Positions 46,835-56,374 of a stretch of DNA of 64,000 nucleotides are shown here, one piece after another (position 1 is the first letter of the stretch; each line of letters begins with the position of its first letter). Origin of the DNA: a virus; the IMG/VR virus record IMGVR_UViG_3300025131_009354, positions 1-64,000 of that record; one strand, 5' to 3'. Below the pieces are notes generated by a model that was not told where the DNA came from, did no database searches, and was given only the letters and a program-made list of their open reading frames with translations. A program made the position numbers and the translations under genes.

Positions 46835-47301
46835 TTCATCGTATCCTCAGCGCAACTTTCAAAAGTCGAATATAATACCATGGTCATGACGGTACTATTG
46901 AATACACGAAATCGAATCTTCTTCAAGGGAAGATCTTCCATATTATACATCGCCGTCAAAACAATTGGAGGCGTATTATCTGATTGGGAAGGGGTTTTAA
47001 AAGCTAGAAGGAGTGAGTTCCCAGGGCCGTTTTGTAAGATCCCAGAAATATAGCCATCTTTTATTACTTCGGGTATTCCGATTTGAGCGGAAGACGTATC
47101 ACCTGGGAAGGTGGTTATCCTATCGCTAATATGGATGACCCACTTGCAGTTATTGTTCTGCCCCGGCATATAAAATGTGGATTTTGCCGCAAATACAGTT
47201 TGATGTATATTGTTGGCTTTTGTTTGGTAATAAAGAGCCGCGGCGCAAGAGATAGCAAGTATCCCCAGAAGTATAACTCTTTTTGTAAGGAATTTAGTCA
47301 A
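46831..47301 (-). CDS. exported/membrane-anchored protein
   Basis: TTG start with GGAG RBS; hydrophobic N-terminus; overlaps next gene start. Confidence 0.6.
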   Translation of the reverse strand: MTKFLTKRVILLGILAISCAAALYYQTKANNIHQTVFAAKSTFYMPGQNNNCKWVIHISDRITTFPGDTSSAQIGIPEVIKDGYISGILQNGPGNSLLLAFKTPSQSDNTPPIVLTAMYNMEDLPLKKIRFRVFNSTVMTMVLYSTFESCAEDTMK

Positions 47302-47311
47302 GATACTCTCC

Positions 47312-47566
47312 TTACGGGAGAGGGCTTATCTCAACTACCTTTCCCTTGGGAGATAAAGTAATAAAAGGCATCTTCTTTATCTCTTTAATAAGTATCTCGT
47401 TGTTTGGGCTTTTTGTTTTCTTTTCTATCCAGACAAGAATTTGTGTTTTTTCTTTAATCTGTCCAATGTATGACCACTCGCCTTCGACCTTTTGCCAAAT
47501 TTGAGGAAAGTCAATACTTTGGCTTCCAAATATTAAAAGTCCGAACAACATAATGTTGTTTATCAT
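47312..47566 (-). CDS. small exported protein
   Basis: start at MINNIMLFGLL, downstream of minus-strand CTATTTAT. Confidence 0.55.
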   Translation of the reverse strand: MINNIMLFGLLIFGSQSIDFPQIWQKVEGEWSYIGQIKEKTQILVWIEKKTKSPNNEILIKEIKKMPFITLSPKGKVVEISPLP

Positions 47567-47613
47567 ATCTTGATCCAATCCTTTCGTGAAATTAATAACC
47601 AGATTTACTGTGG

Positions 47614-47621
47614 ATAAATAG
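47614..47621 (-). promoter_or_regulatory. putative late promoter motif CTATTTAT (minus strand)
   Basis: ATAAATAG on plus strand; heads the only minus-strand operon. Confidence 0.55.
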
Positions 47622-47647
47622 TATCCCTTCACTCTAGTTACTACGAT

Positions 47648-48547
47648 ATGAAGAAAAAAACACCTTTTTACGTCAAGTTTCTTACAATATGGTTACTTTG
47701 CCTGACAAGTTGTATGACCGGTTGTGCCACGATTAACTTTAGTCAAGAGAAAGAAGTAGGGTTGTTGCCGATGCACGCGTTTGTACAAATTCAACAATCT
47801 GTGGAGCTTGAAGGTTGTGGGCAAGATCCTGAAACTAAGGAAAGCAAATGCCAAAAAGCAATAATGCGTTATGTCTCTTCCGGTGCGTATGTTTTTCACA
47901 GTGAGGTATCTGAAGGTTTTTCTTACGCCTTAACGGCCGGTCACTCCTGCCAATCCAGTATTCCAAAGGTTCAAAACATCAACGGATATAAGGTGACGAA
48001 TAATGGCTCAGTCTTTACGGCTGTAGGTTTAAATGGTTCACGACATGACGCAGAAGTAGTAAGTATTAATTCTCGCTTCGATCTTTGTTTGTTAAGAGTT
48101 TCAGATGTACTAGGGAACCCTCCTACTCTCAAAATAGCAAAAAAGGTACCTAGGCGAGGAGAGCTTGTTACAAATATGGCTGCACCTCATGGATTATTCT
48201 GGCCTGGGACAGTGCTACTGTTTAAAGGAATTTTCTCAGGGTATCACAGTAGGGGGTATTCTATTTATACAATCCCCACAAAACCCGGATCTAGCGGGTC
48301 TCCAATTTTAAATGATAAAAATGAACTTATAGGAGTTATTTTTGCTGGCTATTCTATCATCGAGAATGTTGGGCTATCTTCACCGCTTATAGCTATCAGA
48401 GTATTTCTTAAAAAGTCAATAGTTAAAGGGGAAATGGAACTTTTCGAAAAAAGTAGAAAGTCTTCTGGTACAGATAGACAAACTACAATAGAAAGAAGCT
48501 GGATGCAAAAGATGAAAACAAAACTTAGTGAAGTTTTCGGTCAGTAA
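47648..48547 (+). CDS. trypsin-like (S1) serine protease, exported/lipoprotein
   Basis: LTAGHSC, FDLCLL, PGSSGSPI; signal peptide with Cys. Confidence 0.85.
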   Translation: MKKKTPFYVKFLTIWLLCLTSCMTGCATINFSQEKEVGLLPMHAFVQIQQSVELEGCGQDPETKESKCQKAIMRYVSSGAYVFHSEVSEGFSYALTAGHSCQSSIPKVQNINGYKVTNNGSVFTAVGLNGSRHDAEVVSINSRFDLCLLRVSDVLGNPPTLKIAKKVPRRGELVTNMAAPHGLFWPGTVLLFKGIFSGYHSRGYSIYTIPTKPGSSGSPILNDKNELIGVIFAGYSIIENVGLSSPLIAIRVFLKKSIVKGEMELFEKSRKSSGTDRQTTIERSWMQKMKTKLSEVFGQ

Positions 48548-48562
48548 AATACTTAAGTAACT

Positions 48563-49045
48563 ATGGCTGAACAAAATTTTCAAAATATTCAAAGGGCACT
48601 CGACCAAGCTCCTTCTGTCGTGGGTGCAGGGTCTGCAAGATTTCCCTTATCCGTTAGTCTGAGCGGCTCACCAGTACCCGTTGGGACAAGCGAGACTTTA
48701 ATTCACACCTTTCCGGTTAATACTAATGCCATGGAAGAATTATATGTGTATGCCTACAATTATTCCACTTCGGATTACAATTTGTCAATGTCATTTGCTA
48801 CTGATTCCTCAGATGCTTTCGTAATAAACAATATTATAACGCCGGTATCGTCTATGACTGGGCTTACTTTATGTTATCCAGGGATCCCCCACAAAAGCAC
48901 AGACATATCTAGCCCTTTAAAAGTATTTGTCAAAACCAAAGATAACGCTTCGGCTATAAGTGTCCTCGGTTATGTGATCCGATACTACCCTGTTGATAAC
49001 GGCGGTAATACCCAGGCAACGACCTACGGATATAGTACAGAATGA
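48563..49045 (+). CDS. probable virion structural protein
   Basis: beta-rich; TACTTA motif upstream. Confidence 0.55.
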   Translation: MAEQNFQNIQRALDQAPSVVGAGSARFPLSVSLSGSPVPVGTSETLIHTFPVNTNAMEELYVYAYNYSTSDYNLSMSFATDSSDAFVINNIITPVSSMTGLTLCYPGIPHKSTDISSPLKVFVKTKDNASAISVLGYVIRYYPVDNGGNTQATTYGYSTE

Positions 49046-49395
49046 GAGACCCTATCCCGCGGAGAATGCTGGGGCCGATCACAAAAGAGATGGGCGGGGA
49101 TCAAGTACCATCCGGTTCTAGTGGTGGCGGCGGTGGCGGCGTAACAATCACAAACAATATCAACGGCTATATATTAAGGGCTACTGGTGATGCGAATAGG
49201 GTAGAGGGTATTCCACAACTTCAATATGATTCTAGCCGCGCTACCTTGACTGCCAGCGCTGGTATATACATTTCCGGTTCAAATGACCCAGGAGATAACT
49301 ATTTATATCTACATGGAACTGATAGTACCGGCGCAAAAAAGCAGTTTAAGATTGAGATAAGCGGGTCTATGTTTAAAGTCATATCTCAAGCCTAG
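49042..49395 (+). CDS. probable virion structural protein
   Basis: Gly run; C-terminus GTD.TG...F.I.ISG resembles that of the 43220 gene. Confidence 0.55.
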   Translation: MRDPIPRRMLGPITKEMGGDQVPSGSSGGGGGGVTITNNINGYILRATGDANRVEGIPQLQYDSSRATLTASAGIYISGSNDPGDNYLYLHGTDSTGAKKQFKIEISGSMFKVISQA

Positions 49396-49404
49396 GAGAA
49401 AAAG

Positions 49405-49644
49405 ATGTGGAATTCTATTACTAAAAGGTTCATTCTTAATGAGGATGTCAAAGTTGATCCACTTGCCTCTGTTCAGGCATTATACGATATAATTACGAAT
49501 GTTAAAGTGTCAACTCAGAGGGACAACAAAAGAATACACGTAGCCAAAGAGCATGTAAGAAATATTAAAAGACAACTTCGAAGTCTTAACGAAAAAGTTT
49601 CGAAGCTTGAAGAAGAGCTTAGTCTACTAAACGAGGAAAAATAA
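49405..49644 (+). CDS. small coiled-coil protein
   Basis: RBS AGGAG; LNE motifs. Confidence 0.6.
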   Translation: MWNSITKRFILNEDVKVDPLASVQALYDIITNVKVSTQRDNKRIHVAKEHVRNIKRQLRSLNEKVSKLEEELSLLNEEK

Positions 49645-52600
49645 ATGGGCGGTGTTTATGGTAAGACCGGGCATATGTCTCATTTATATGACAATCCCGA
49701 TTTAACATTCCAGGAAATGAAAGAAATTCTACAAGCCGCGGCCAACGCAGACTTAGATGTAGAAGAAAAGCTAGATGGGCAAAATCTATATTTATCTTAC
49801 TCAATACCAGAGGGGAAAGCCAAAGCTTCTAGGAACCTTACGCATCTTCGTAACAAGGGTGTTGATGCAATGGGATTAGCTAATAAGTTTGCTGGGCGTG
49901 GTACACTGTATGATGCCTTTACAAATTCTTTTGATGCTTTCGAAAAAGCAGTAGAAACAATGAGCCCAGAAGCTAGAGAGAAGGTTTTTGGACCAGATAC
50001 GAACTTTTGGTATAATGCAGAAGTGATGGATCCGGATAATCCAAATATTATCAACTATGATTCTAAAACACTCAAAATACACGATAAAGGTCATTATCGA
50101 TTTGACAGGAAAGCAAAGGACGGAAAAGGGGACAAGATTTTTGAGGATTTCACAGAGAGGTTAGAAATCTTAGATTCGCATCTTGATAGAATACAAAAAG
50201 CCCTAGAGAATCATGACTTTTCACTTATAAGAGACGCGGCTCTTCAATTAAAAAAGATGTCTGATGATGTTCCCTTGCGTACAGCCATTACTAAAATTAA
50301 CTCTATTATCGGTAGAGAGGGACTAAATGATAACGATACTGTAGGTGATTATTTATACAAACGAGTTCACAGTGGGTTAGATACCGATCTCAATGATTTA
50401 AAAAAGGAAGAAATAACAAACTACTTGTTGAAGCTCCCAAGTAATGTGGGACTTAGGGCAATCAAAAAAGGACTATCTCCAGAAGATACGCAAGACCTAA
50501 ATGCTATTATAGCATCAAAATCCAATATACTTCAACAAGCGATTCAGCCAGTTGAAAATGTGATTCATGATTTTACTGTAGAGTTGCTAAAAGGAATGGA
50601 AAGCCGGTTTATTCTTGATAACGATAAGGAAACCGAAAGACTTCAAAATAACTTAGCAAACGCAGTAAACGCCCTTACGGCAACAGGTTCAGAAGATCCT
50701 GCCGCCATAGAGATAATGCAAAGGCACCTAAACAAGATTAAGGACTTTGTGAATATCTCTACCCCTATTGAGGGAGTTGTTTTTGATTATAACGGGCACA
50801 CTTACAAATTCACCGGTAATTTCGCCCCTCTTAACCAGATTTTAGGAATGGTTGACCCTACAAAATATAGCCGCGGCCCACAAAACCCCGAAACAAATAA
50901 TGAGTCCTTAATCTTTTCTAAAAATATTATAAAAGAAGAGGAAGAGAAAATATCTTCTGAACCTAGTAAAGCAGAACGCTTTGTGCTTTCATTGCCAAAA
51001 TTTACTCCTACAGAAGCTTGGGGTGATCCCAATTCTATGGAAAGAGAACAGATTCAAAGAATATTTGATACCGTTGGTGGTGGTGCAACTATTCAAGAAA
51101 AATTACAGTTCTTAAATGATTCTATTAACAATCCCCGAGGAGGAATCAGATCTCCTCGTAGAATTATCAGTACTCTGATTCTTCTGGAATCTATTAGGGC
51201 TGTTATTGAATCATTTGGTGAATCGCCTGCCGGTTTTGTTTTTGAAGGTTTTATGGCCGGATTACTTCGCGGTAAGCAAGTTGCCGGCAGAACTGAAAAG
51301 GGTAATCTCCCTATTCAAGATTTAATTGCTTTCTCTGAACTTGGTGGTGGTAAAAGTGTACCAGTAAGTCTCAAATTGTTAAAGGGATTAGCTCCCGGAA
51401 AAAAAGGTAAGATAACAGATATTGAAGGAAGTTATACTAATCTCATAGATGCACTAGAAGAATTTGGACTCATGGTTTACATCGTTGGTAGAAAAGATGG
51501 TGAACAAATTGTCCTTGAGAAATTTACTTTTACTAGAGATAATTTTATGGAAGCTCTTATAAGAGGGGCTACAGGCGGATTAGTTAAAGAAGCTTATTTG
51601 TTTCAACTCCCCGGAAAAACAGTTGAACAATCTATTCGTAAACTTAAACGAACAAAAGATTGGGATACAAAATATGAACTCTTGCAAACAACTTATGGTT
51701 ACGACCCTAAAGAACGGGCTCGAAAACTAAGCAACAAAGAAAAAGAAGAAGAAATAGCCATAACGGATGAGGTACCTGACGGAGAAGATATAGAAGTAGA
51801 AGTGGACTCAGAAGAGGTAAAGACTCCTGGAAATAGAAAAGATACTTCATATTCTGTAAAAGAATGTCGAAGACTTTGGAATGAAAGGCTGAACGAATCA
51901 TTATTGGTCGAATCTTCCCAGCGACAATGGTCTATTAGTCCCGCCCAATTAAGAAGCATTGCTCCTATGGTTGATTATGAAAAATTAGGATCTTTACCTT
52001 ATAATTCCAATAAGATTGTACAAGTCGCTGAACAATATATGAAATACTTGTCTGATAATCTTTTGAATGTCTTTGAGGCTACTAAAGATTTGTCTGAAAA
52101 TATCACGCAGTATTTTACTTTCCGAAAAAGAAGCAAAGCTATTTCATCAGGGGAAAAAGCGATTGAAGATTCTAACACGATTAGTGATGAAATGGCTCAA
52201 CAATTAAGTCAAGACAAAGGTGTAAAAGAATCATTAAATAATGAGAGATCATATACACAAGGCATTAAGAACTCGGGAGACACCAATGGAAAAAAGATTG
52301 CCCTTTTCCCAGGGAAATTTAAACCACCCCATAGAGGACATTATGAGTTCGCTAAAAAAATGGCTAAAAAACTTGGAAATGAAGGAGAGGTGGTTGTTTT
52401 AATTTCTCCATCTTCTAAGCCTGAAGTAAACCCTCAACAGTCGTTAGAAATTTGGAATCAATATCTGCAATCCGGTGATGCTCCGGATAATATCCAAGTG
52501 GAAATTGCGGATTATCGCAGCCCAATCACCTCAGTTTATGAGTTTGTAGCTGATCCTGTCAAAGCGAGAGCCGGTGATACTATTTATTTAATCAAGAGTT

Positions 52601-53007
52601 CAAAAGATGTCGGAGATACAAGGTATAACGGGGCTCAGTCTTATGCTGAAAGAAAAAATCCTGGTGTCAATGTAGAAATAATAGAGGAAGATCCTGTGAC
52701 TCGTCCTGATGGAACCCCTTACAATGGTGAAGATGCTAGAGAAGCTATAGCCATGAATGACGCTGTCCTTTTCAATACTTTTGTACCAAAAGTTATCGAT
52801 TCAGATGAAATATGGAATATTTTTCATCCAAACGAATCATATAACGAGCACGTAGACTTTATGATAGACGAGATCTCGGCGATGGGATCCGGAGCCGTTT
52901 CTGGCGGTGGTTCTGGCTTCGGGCCACCCAATACCTATAACCCCTATACTCCCGGTAGAGTAAAAAAACCTAAAGTTAAGCGGGCAAAACGACAAAGGCG
53001 GAAGTAA
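49645..53007 (+). CDS. 1120-aa multidomain protein: KxDG ligase-like, PD-(D/E)xK-like and HxGH nucleotidyltransferase domains
   Basis: GHMSHLYD...EKLDG...EGVVF; FEGF...IQD...VSLK; FPGKFKPPHRGH. Confidence 0.7.
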   Translation: MGGVYGKTGHMSHLYDNPDLTFQEMKEILQAAANADLDVEEKLDGQNLYLSYSIPEGKAKASRNLTHLRNKGVDAMGLANKFAGRGTLYDAFTNSFDAFEKAVETMSPEAREKVFGPDTNFWYNAEVMDPDNPNIINYDSKTLKIHDKGHYRFDRKAKDGKGDKIFEDFTERLEILDSHLDRIQKALENHDFSLIRDAALQLKKMSDDVPLRTAITKINSIIGREGLNDNDTVGDYLYKRVHSGLDTDLNDLKKEEITNYLLKLPSNVGLRAIKKGLSPEDTQDLNAIIASKSNILQQAIQPVENVIHDFTVELLKGMESRFILDNDKETERLQNNLANAVNALTATGSEDPAAIEIMQRHLNKIKDFVNISTPIEGVVFDYNGHTYKFTGNFAPLNQILGMVDPTKYSRGPQNPETNNESLIFSKNIIKEEEEKISSEPSKAERFVLSLPKFTPTEAWGDPNSMEREQIQRIFDTVGGGATIQEKLQFLNDSINNPRGGIRSPRRIISTLILLESIRAVIESFGESPAGFVFEGFMAGLLRGKQVAGRTEKGNLPIQDLIAFSELGGGKSVPVSLKLLKGLAPGKKGKITDIEGSYTNLIDALEEFGLMVYIVGRKDGEQIVLEKFTFTRDNFMEALIRGATGGLVKEAYLFQLPGKTVEQSIRKLKRTKDWDTKYELLQTTYGYDPKERARKLSNKEKEEEIAITDEVPDGEDIEVEVDSEEVKTPGNRKDTSYSVKECRRLWNERLNESLLVESSQRQWSISPAQLRSIAPMVDYEKLGSLPYNSNKIVQVAEQYMKYLSDNLLNVFEATKDLSENITQYFTFRKRSKAISSGEKAIEDSNTISDEMAQQLSQDKGVKESLNNERSYTQGIKNSGDTNGKKIALFPGKFKPPHRGHYEFAKKMAKKLGNEGEVVVLISPSSKPEVNPQQSLEIWNQYLQSGDAPDNIQVEIADYRSPITSVYEFVADPVKARAGDTIYLIKSSKDVGDTRYNGAQSYAERKNPGVNVEIIEEDPVTRPDGTPYNGEDAREAIAMNDAVLFNTFVPKVIDSDEIWNIFHPNESYNEHVDFMIDEISAMGSGAVSGGGSGFGPPNTYNPYTPGRVKKPKVKRAKRQRRK

Positions 53008-53017
53008 TTATAATACT

Positions 53018-53809
53018 ATGAAAAATATAGATAGACAACAAATGATAGCCGAACAAGTAATTCGCGAACACGTTCGTAAAAGAATTAAAAATAAGATCCT
53101 AGAACAAAGACAGAATGAAGGTAAGCTTCGAAAAGTAATTCGTCGGATGATACTTGAAACGGAAACAGGCACAGAAGAGCCAAATAGCTTTACTGGAATA
53201 AATGTGCTAGCTGATTTATTAAAAAGCATCGTACCTGTTCTGGGAGATGGTTACAAAATGCTTACTACTTCAGAAGCGCAGAGGCAGTCATTTAGGACTC
53301 ATATAATCCACGCTGTTAAGAATACTTTACGTCCGATTGAAGTTAATAAAGACGCAGAAGACGTCCAAGAACGCTTTGAGTATGAAATTGATGCCGATAT
53401 CCTTTTAGAAAAAGTAGCTATGGTTGTTGATGATGAGGCAGCCGAATCCGTCGAAGGTGAGTTCATCGATATCGAGGACTCCGCACCAGTAGAAGATGAG
53501 TTTGTAAGAGTTGACGATCAAAATGAAACAGGTCGCAACTTTGCTGCGGAAACATTTAAAAAAATAGAAAAACAAATAGTAGACGCCTATGACCTATTGG
53601 CGGACGATGAAGACCGTAATATGTTTTATGAGTACCTGCTTACGAATCTTCTCCTCTATTTTGATAAGTTTGAAGATGAGTTGGCCAATGAGCTTCCAGA
53701 TGTTTCTACCAAGGAATATGAAGAAGAGAAGCATGACACTGCATCTGCCGGCAGCGAATTCGCACCCGACGCCCCAGCCGGCGAAGCAGATCTCGGCTTA
53801 GAACTTTAA
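53018..53809 (+). CDS. acidic protein with repeated IR..I...I.E leader, putative virion protein
   Basis: IREHVRKRIKNKILE, LRKVIRRMILE. Confidence 0.65.
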   Translation: MKNIDRQQMIAEQVIREHVRKRIKNKILEQRQNEGKLRKVIRRMILETETGTEEPNSFTGINVLADLLKSIVPVLGDGYKMLTTSEAQRQSFRTHIIHAVKNTLRPIEVNKDAEDVQERFEYEIDADILLEKVAMVVDDEAAESVEGEFIDIEDSAPVEDEFVRVDDQNETGRNFAAETFKKIEKQIVDAYDLLADDEDRNMFYEYLLTNLLLYFDKFEDELANELPDVSTKEYEEEKHDTASAGSEFAPDAPAGEADLGLEL

Positions 53810-53954
53810 AAATAAAACTTAACACTTTCTCAGGGCTCGTTATAATAGCTGCAAGCTGTTTAACAACTAATCTAAACTATTCTTTACTTCTTACTACTTT
53901 ATTCTAACTATAACAGCTTAAAACTCTGCTAGCATATAAGTAAGAATAAATAAG

Positions 53955-53983
53955 TTGACAACTCTAGCGTATTGCTATATAGT
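53955..53983 (+). promoter_or_regulatory. sigma70-like promoter of tmRNA
   Basis: TTGACA-N17-TATAGT. Confidence 0.7.
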
Positions 53984-53994
53984 ACTATAGTAAT

Positions 53995-54318
53995 GGGGGT
54001 AACCGGTATCGATTGACGGGGAAGTAGAAAAGGTGCAAGGGTGAGGGAAGCGTGGCTCACTAAAAACGCTTAAACTTTTAATCGCAAACGACGATTTTAA
54101 CATGGAGATGGCAGCTTAAAAACCTGACCTCTCTTGAGGCGACGGCAGCCGATAAACAGAAAGCCGTATTTGAGAACCTTAAGGCTTTTGATTATCTCAG
54201 CCACAATAAGATGATCTAGTCAAGCGGGCTGTCCGACGAAAAAAACAGGCCTAACCTTGTGAATGACCTTTCTGTGAAACTGGACAAGACGGGAGTTCGA
54301 TTCTCCCTACCTCCACCA
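53995..54318 (+). ncRNA. ssrA: tmRNA; tag ANDDFNMEMAA at 54084-54119
   Basis: acceptor GGGGGTA/TACCTCC with G3:U70; T-arm GGGAG-TTCGATT-CTCCC; ACCA end; tag ORF ending AA-stop. Confidence 0.95.
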
Positions 54319-54343
54319 GCCGCCCTCGGGCGGCTTTTTTTTT
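54319..54343 (+). terminator. rho-independent terminator
   Basis: GCCGCCC-TC-GGGCGGC plus T9. Confidence 0.85.
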
Positions 54344-54386
54344 GTGGGGAATCTATTTATTATATGCCTTTAAGATTGGTGGTAAA

Positions 54387-55694
54387 TTGACAAAAACTCT
54401 TATACTTGATACTAATGTTTATTTAACAGACGCACAGTCTCTTTTTTCTTTTGGCAGAAGTAACGTTGCAGTTCCAACTATTGTACTAGATGAGATTGAC
54501 CGGCACAAACACCGACAAGATACAGCAGGCTTAAATGCCAGGACAATGAATCGAGTGTTAGATAAGCTTCGCTCAAAAGGAAGTTTATTACATGGCGTTC
54601 CACTTGGCAGCGGAAAAGGTAAAGTCTTTGCCGCACAATATGATCCAAGATATATGCCCGCCGGCATGGATCAAGAAGACTCCGATAACAAAATAATTGC
54701 TGTTGCTCTTCGACTGAGAATAGAGGGCCACGATATCGCCGTGATCTCTCGTGATCTTAATATGCGAGTTAAATGTGACTCGTTCGGGATAGAGTGCTAT
54801 GATTATCAGCCTCAACAAGCAGTAAAATCTGTAGAAAACCTATATGACGGCTCTTCGGAGATTGTTGTACCTGATGAGTTGGTGGAGAATTTCTACAACG
54901 ATATAGAAGTCTTTCTGCCAGACCAGAAATCAAAATTGTTCCCAAATCACTATTTGGTGCTTAAATCAGAGAAAGATCCAAAGAAGACAGCGCTTTGTCG
55001 ATTCAAAAACTACGAAACACCTCTGCAAAAGATTTATACTTATCGAGACATCTGGGGACTTTCGGCGAAAAACAAAGAACAGAAATACGCCATGGATCTC
55101 CTTTTTGATAAAGACATTCAGATAATATCCTTGACAGGACAGGCAGGAACTGGTAAAACACTTATAGCAGCAGCTTGCGGACTAGAACAGGTCTTACATA
55201 ATACAAAAGCTAACGGCGGGTACGATAAATTGATAATCACAAGGCCAGTACAGCCCATGGGTCGAGATATTGGGTTTTTGCCCGGCACTCTAGAGGAGAA
55301 GATGTTGCCCTGGATAGCTCCTATACGTGATAACTTAGAATATCTTTTTGGGGACAAGACGGCACTTCAGATGCACATGGAACAAGGAATTGTAGAGATT
55401 GAGGCCATGACATATATTCGAGGCAGGTCGATCTCAAACGCCTTTATGATAGTTGACGAGGCACAAAACTTAACAACTCACGAATTAAAGACTATAATAA
55501 CTAGAGTGGGGCATGGTACTAAATTAGTCCTGACAGGCGATATTCAACAGATTGATAATTCATATGTTGATGCTGTCTCGAATGGGTTGACTCACGCTGT
55601 AGAGAAATTTAAGGAATATAGCATTTCTGGGCATGTGACGCTATATAAGGGAGAGAGATCAAAATTGGCAACTTTAGCGGCTGAAATCCTGTGA
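54387..55694 (+). CDS. phoH: PIN-PhoH fusion (PhoH2/YlaK-like)
   Basis: ILDTNV, VLDEID, DNKII, SRD.NMR; GQAGTGKT, IGFLPG, YIRGRS, VDEAQN; TTG start; CTATTTAT at 54353. Confidence 0.92.
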   Translation: MTKTLILDTNVYLTDAQSLFSFGRSNVAVPTIVLDEIDRHKHRQDTAGLNARTMNRVLDKLRSKGSLLHGVPLGSGKGKVFAAQYDPRYMPAGMDQEDSDNKIIAVALRLRIEGHDIAVISRDLNMRVKCDSFGIECYDYQPQQAVKSVENLYDGSSEIVVPDELVENFYNDIEVFLPDQKSKLFPNHYLVLKSEKDPKKTALCRFKNYETPLQKIYTYRDIWGLSAKNKEQKYAMDLLFDKDIQIISLTGQAGTGKTLIAAACGLEQVLHNTKANGGYDKLIITRPVQPMGRDIGFLPGTLEEKMLPWIAPIRDNLEYLFGDKTALQMHMEQGIVEIEAMTYIRGRSISNAFMIVDEAQNLTTHELKTIITRVGHGTKLVLTGDIQQIDNSYVDAVSNGLTHAVEKFKEYSISGHVTLYKGERSKLATLAAEIL

Positions 55695-56359
55695 TAACTT
55701 ATATTACTGAAAAAGTAGAAAATACTACTCGATATTTTAAATTTGGAAGCATTGAGGTTGAAGAGTTGGAACCTCCACCAGAGAACGTTAGCCTAGATGC
55801 AGTATTTAAGGCTGTCGAGAATCATTTTCCATCACACTATTTCACAGGCTTGAAAAGTGTTAAAATTGGCAATTTTATTGACCTTCGGGACAAGAATTTC
55901 ACTGCCCTTTACGACGATGGAATATTCTATATTAATCACGACCAAGCTGATTCTAAAAGCATTCTAGATGATGTAGTTCATGAGTTTGCTCATCATTTAG
56001 AAGCAGTATACACAGATTTGATCTATGGAGATAAGTCAATTGTTCGCGAATTCATTGGAAAAAGGACTAGCCTAAAATTTGAACTTCATAGCGAAGGGTA
56101 CTGGTTGAAGGATTATAATTTCGATAATCTAAGGTATGACGAAAAATTTGATGAGTTCCTATACAAGCGTCTCGGGAAGTCAATGCTCCGGATGGTCACG
56201 ACGGGATTATTCATAAGACCTTATGCGTCGGTCTCTTTAAGGGAGTATTTTGCTACTGGATTTGAAGCTTACTATTTAGGGAAGCGCGACACCCTAGAAA
56301 AAATTAGCCCAATGCTATATGATAAGATTAATGAACTTCATCATCAGAGAAATTTTTAA
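55691..56359 (+). CDS. HExxH zincin-like metallopeptidase
   Basis: VHEFAHHLE; SLREYFATGFEAY. Confidence 0.65.
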   Translation: MITYITEKVENTTRYFKFGSIEVEELEPPPENVSLDAVFKAVENHFPSHYFTGLKSVKIGNFIDLRDKNFTALYDDGIFYINHDQADSKSILDDVVHEFAHHLEAVYTDLIYGDKSIVREFIGKRTSLKFELHSEGYWLKDYNFDNLRYDEKFDEFLYKRLGKSMLRMVTTGLFIRPYASVSLREYFATGFEAYYLGKRDTLEKISPMLYDKINELHHQRNF

Positions 56360-56374
56360 GAAAGCAGGTTACAA

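Noticed and set aside
50900-52260. Middle domain of the 1120-aa protein as an intein
   Set aside because: No His-Asn/Cys-Ser-Thr splice junction or LAGLIDADG motif recognised
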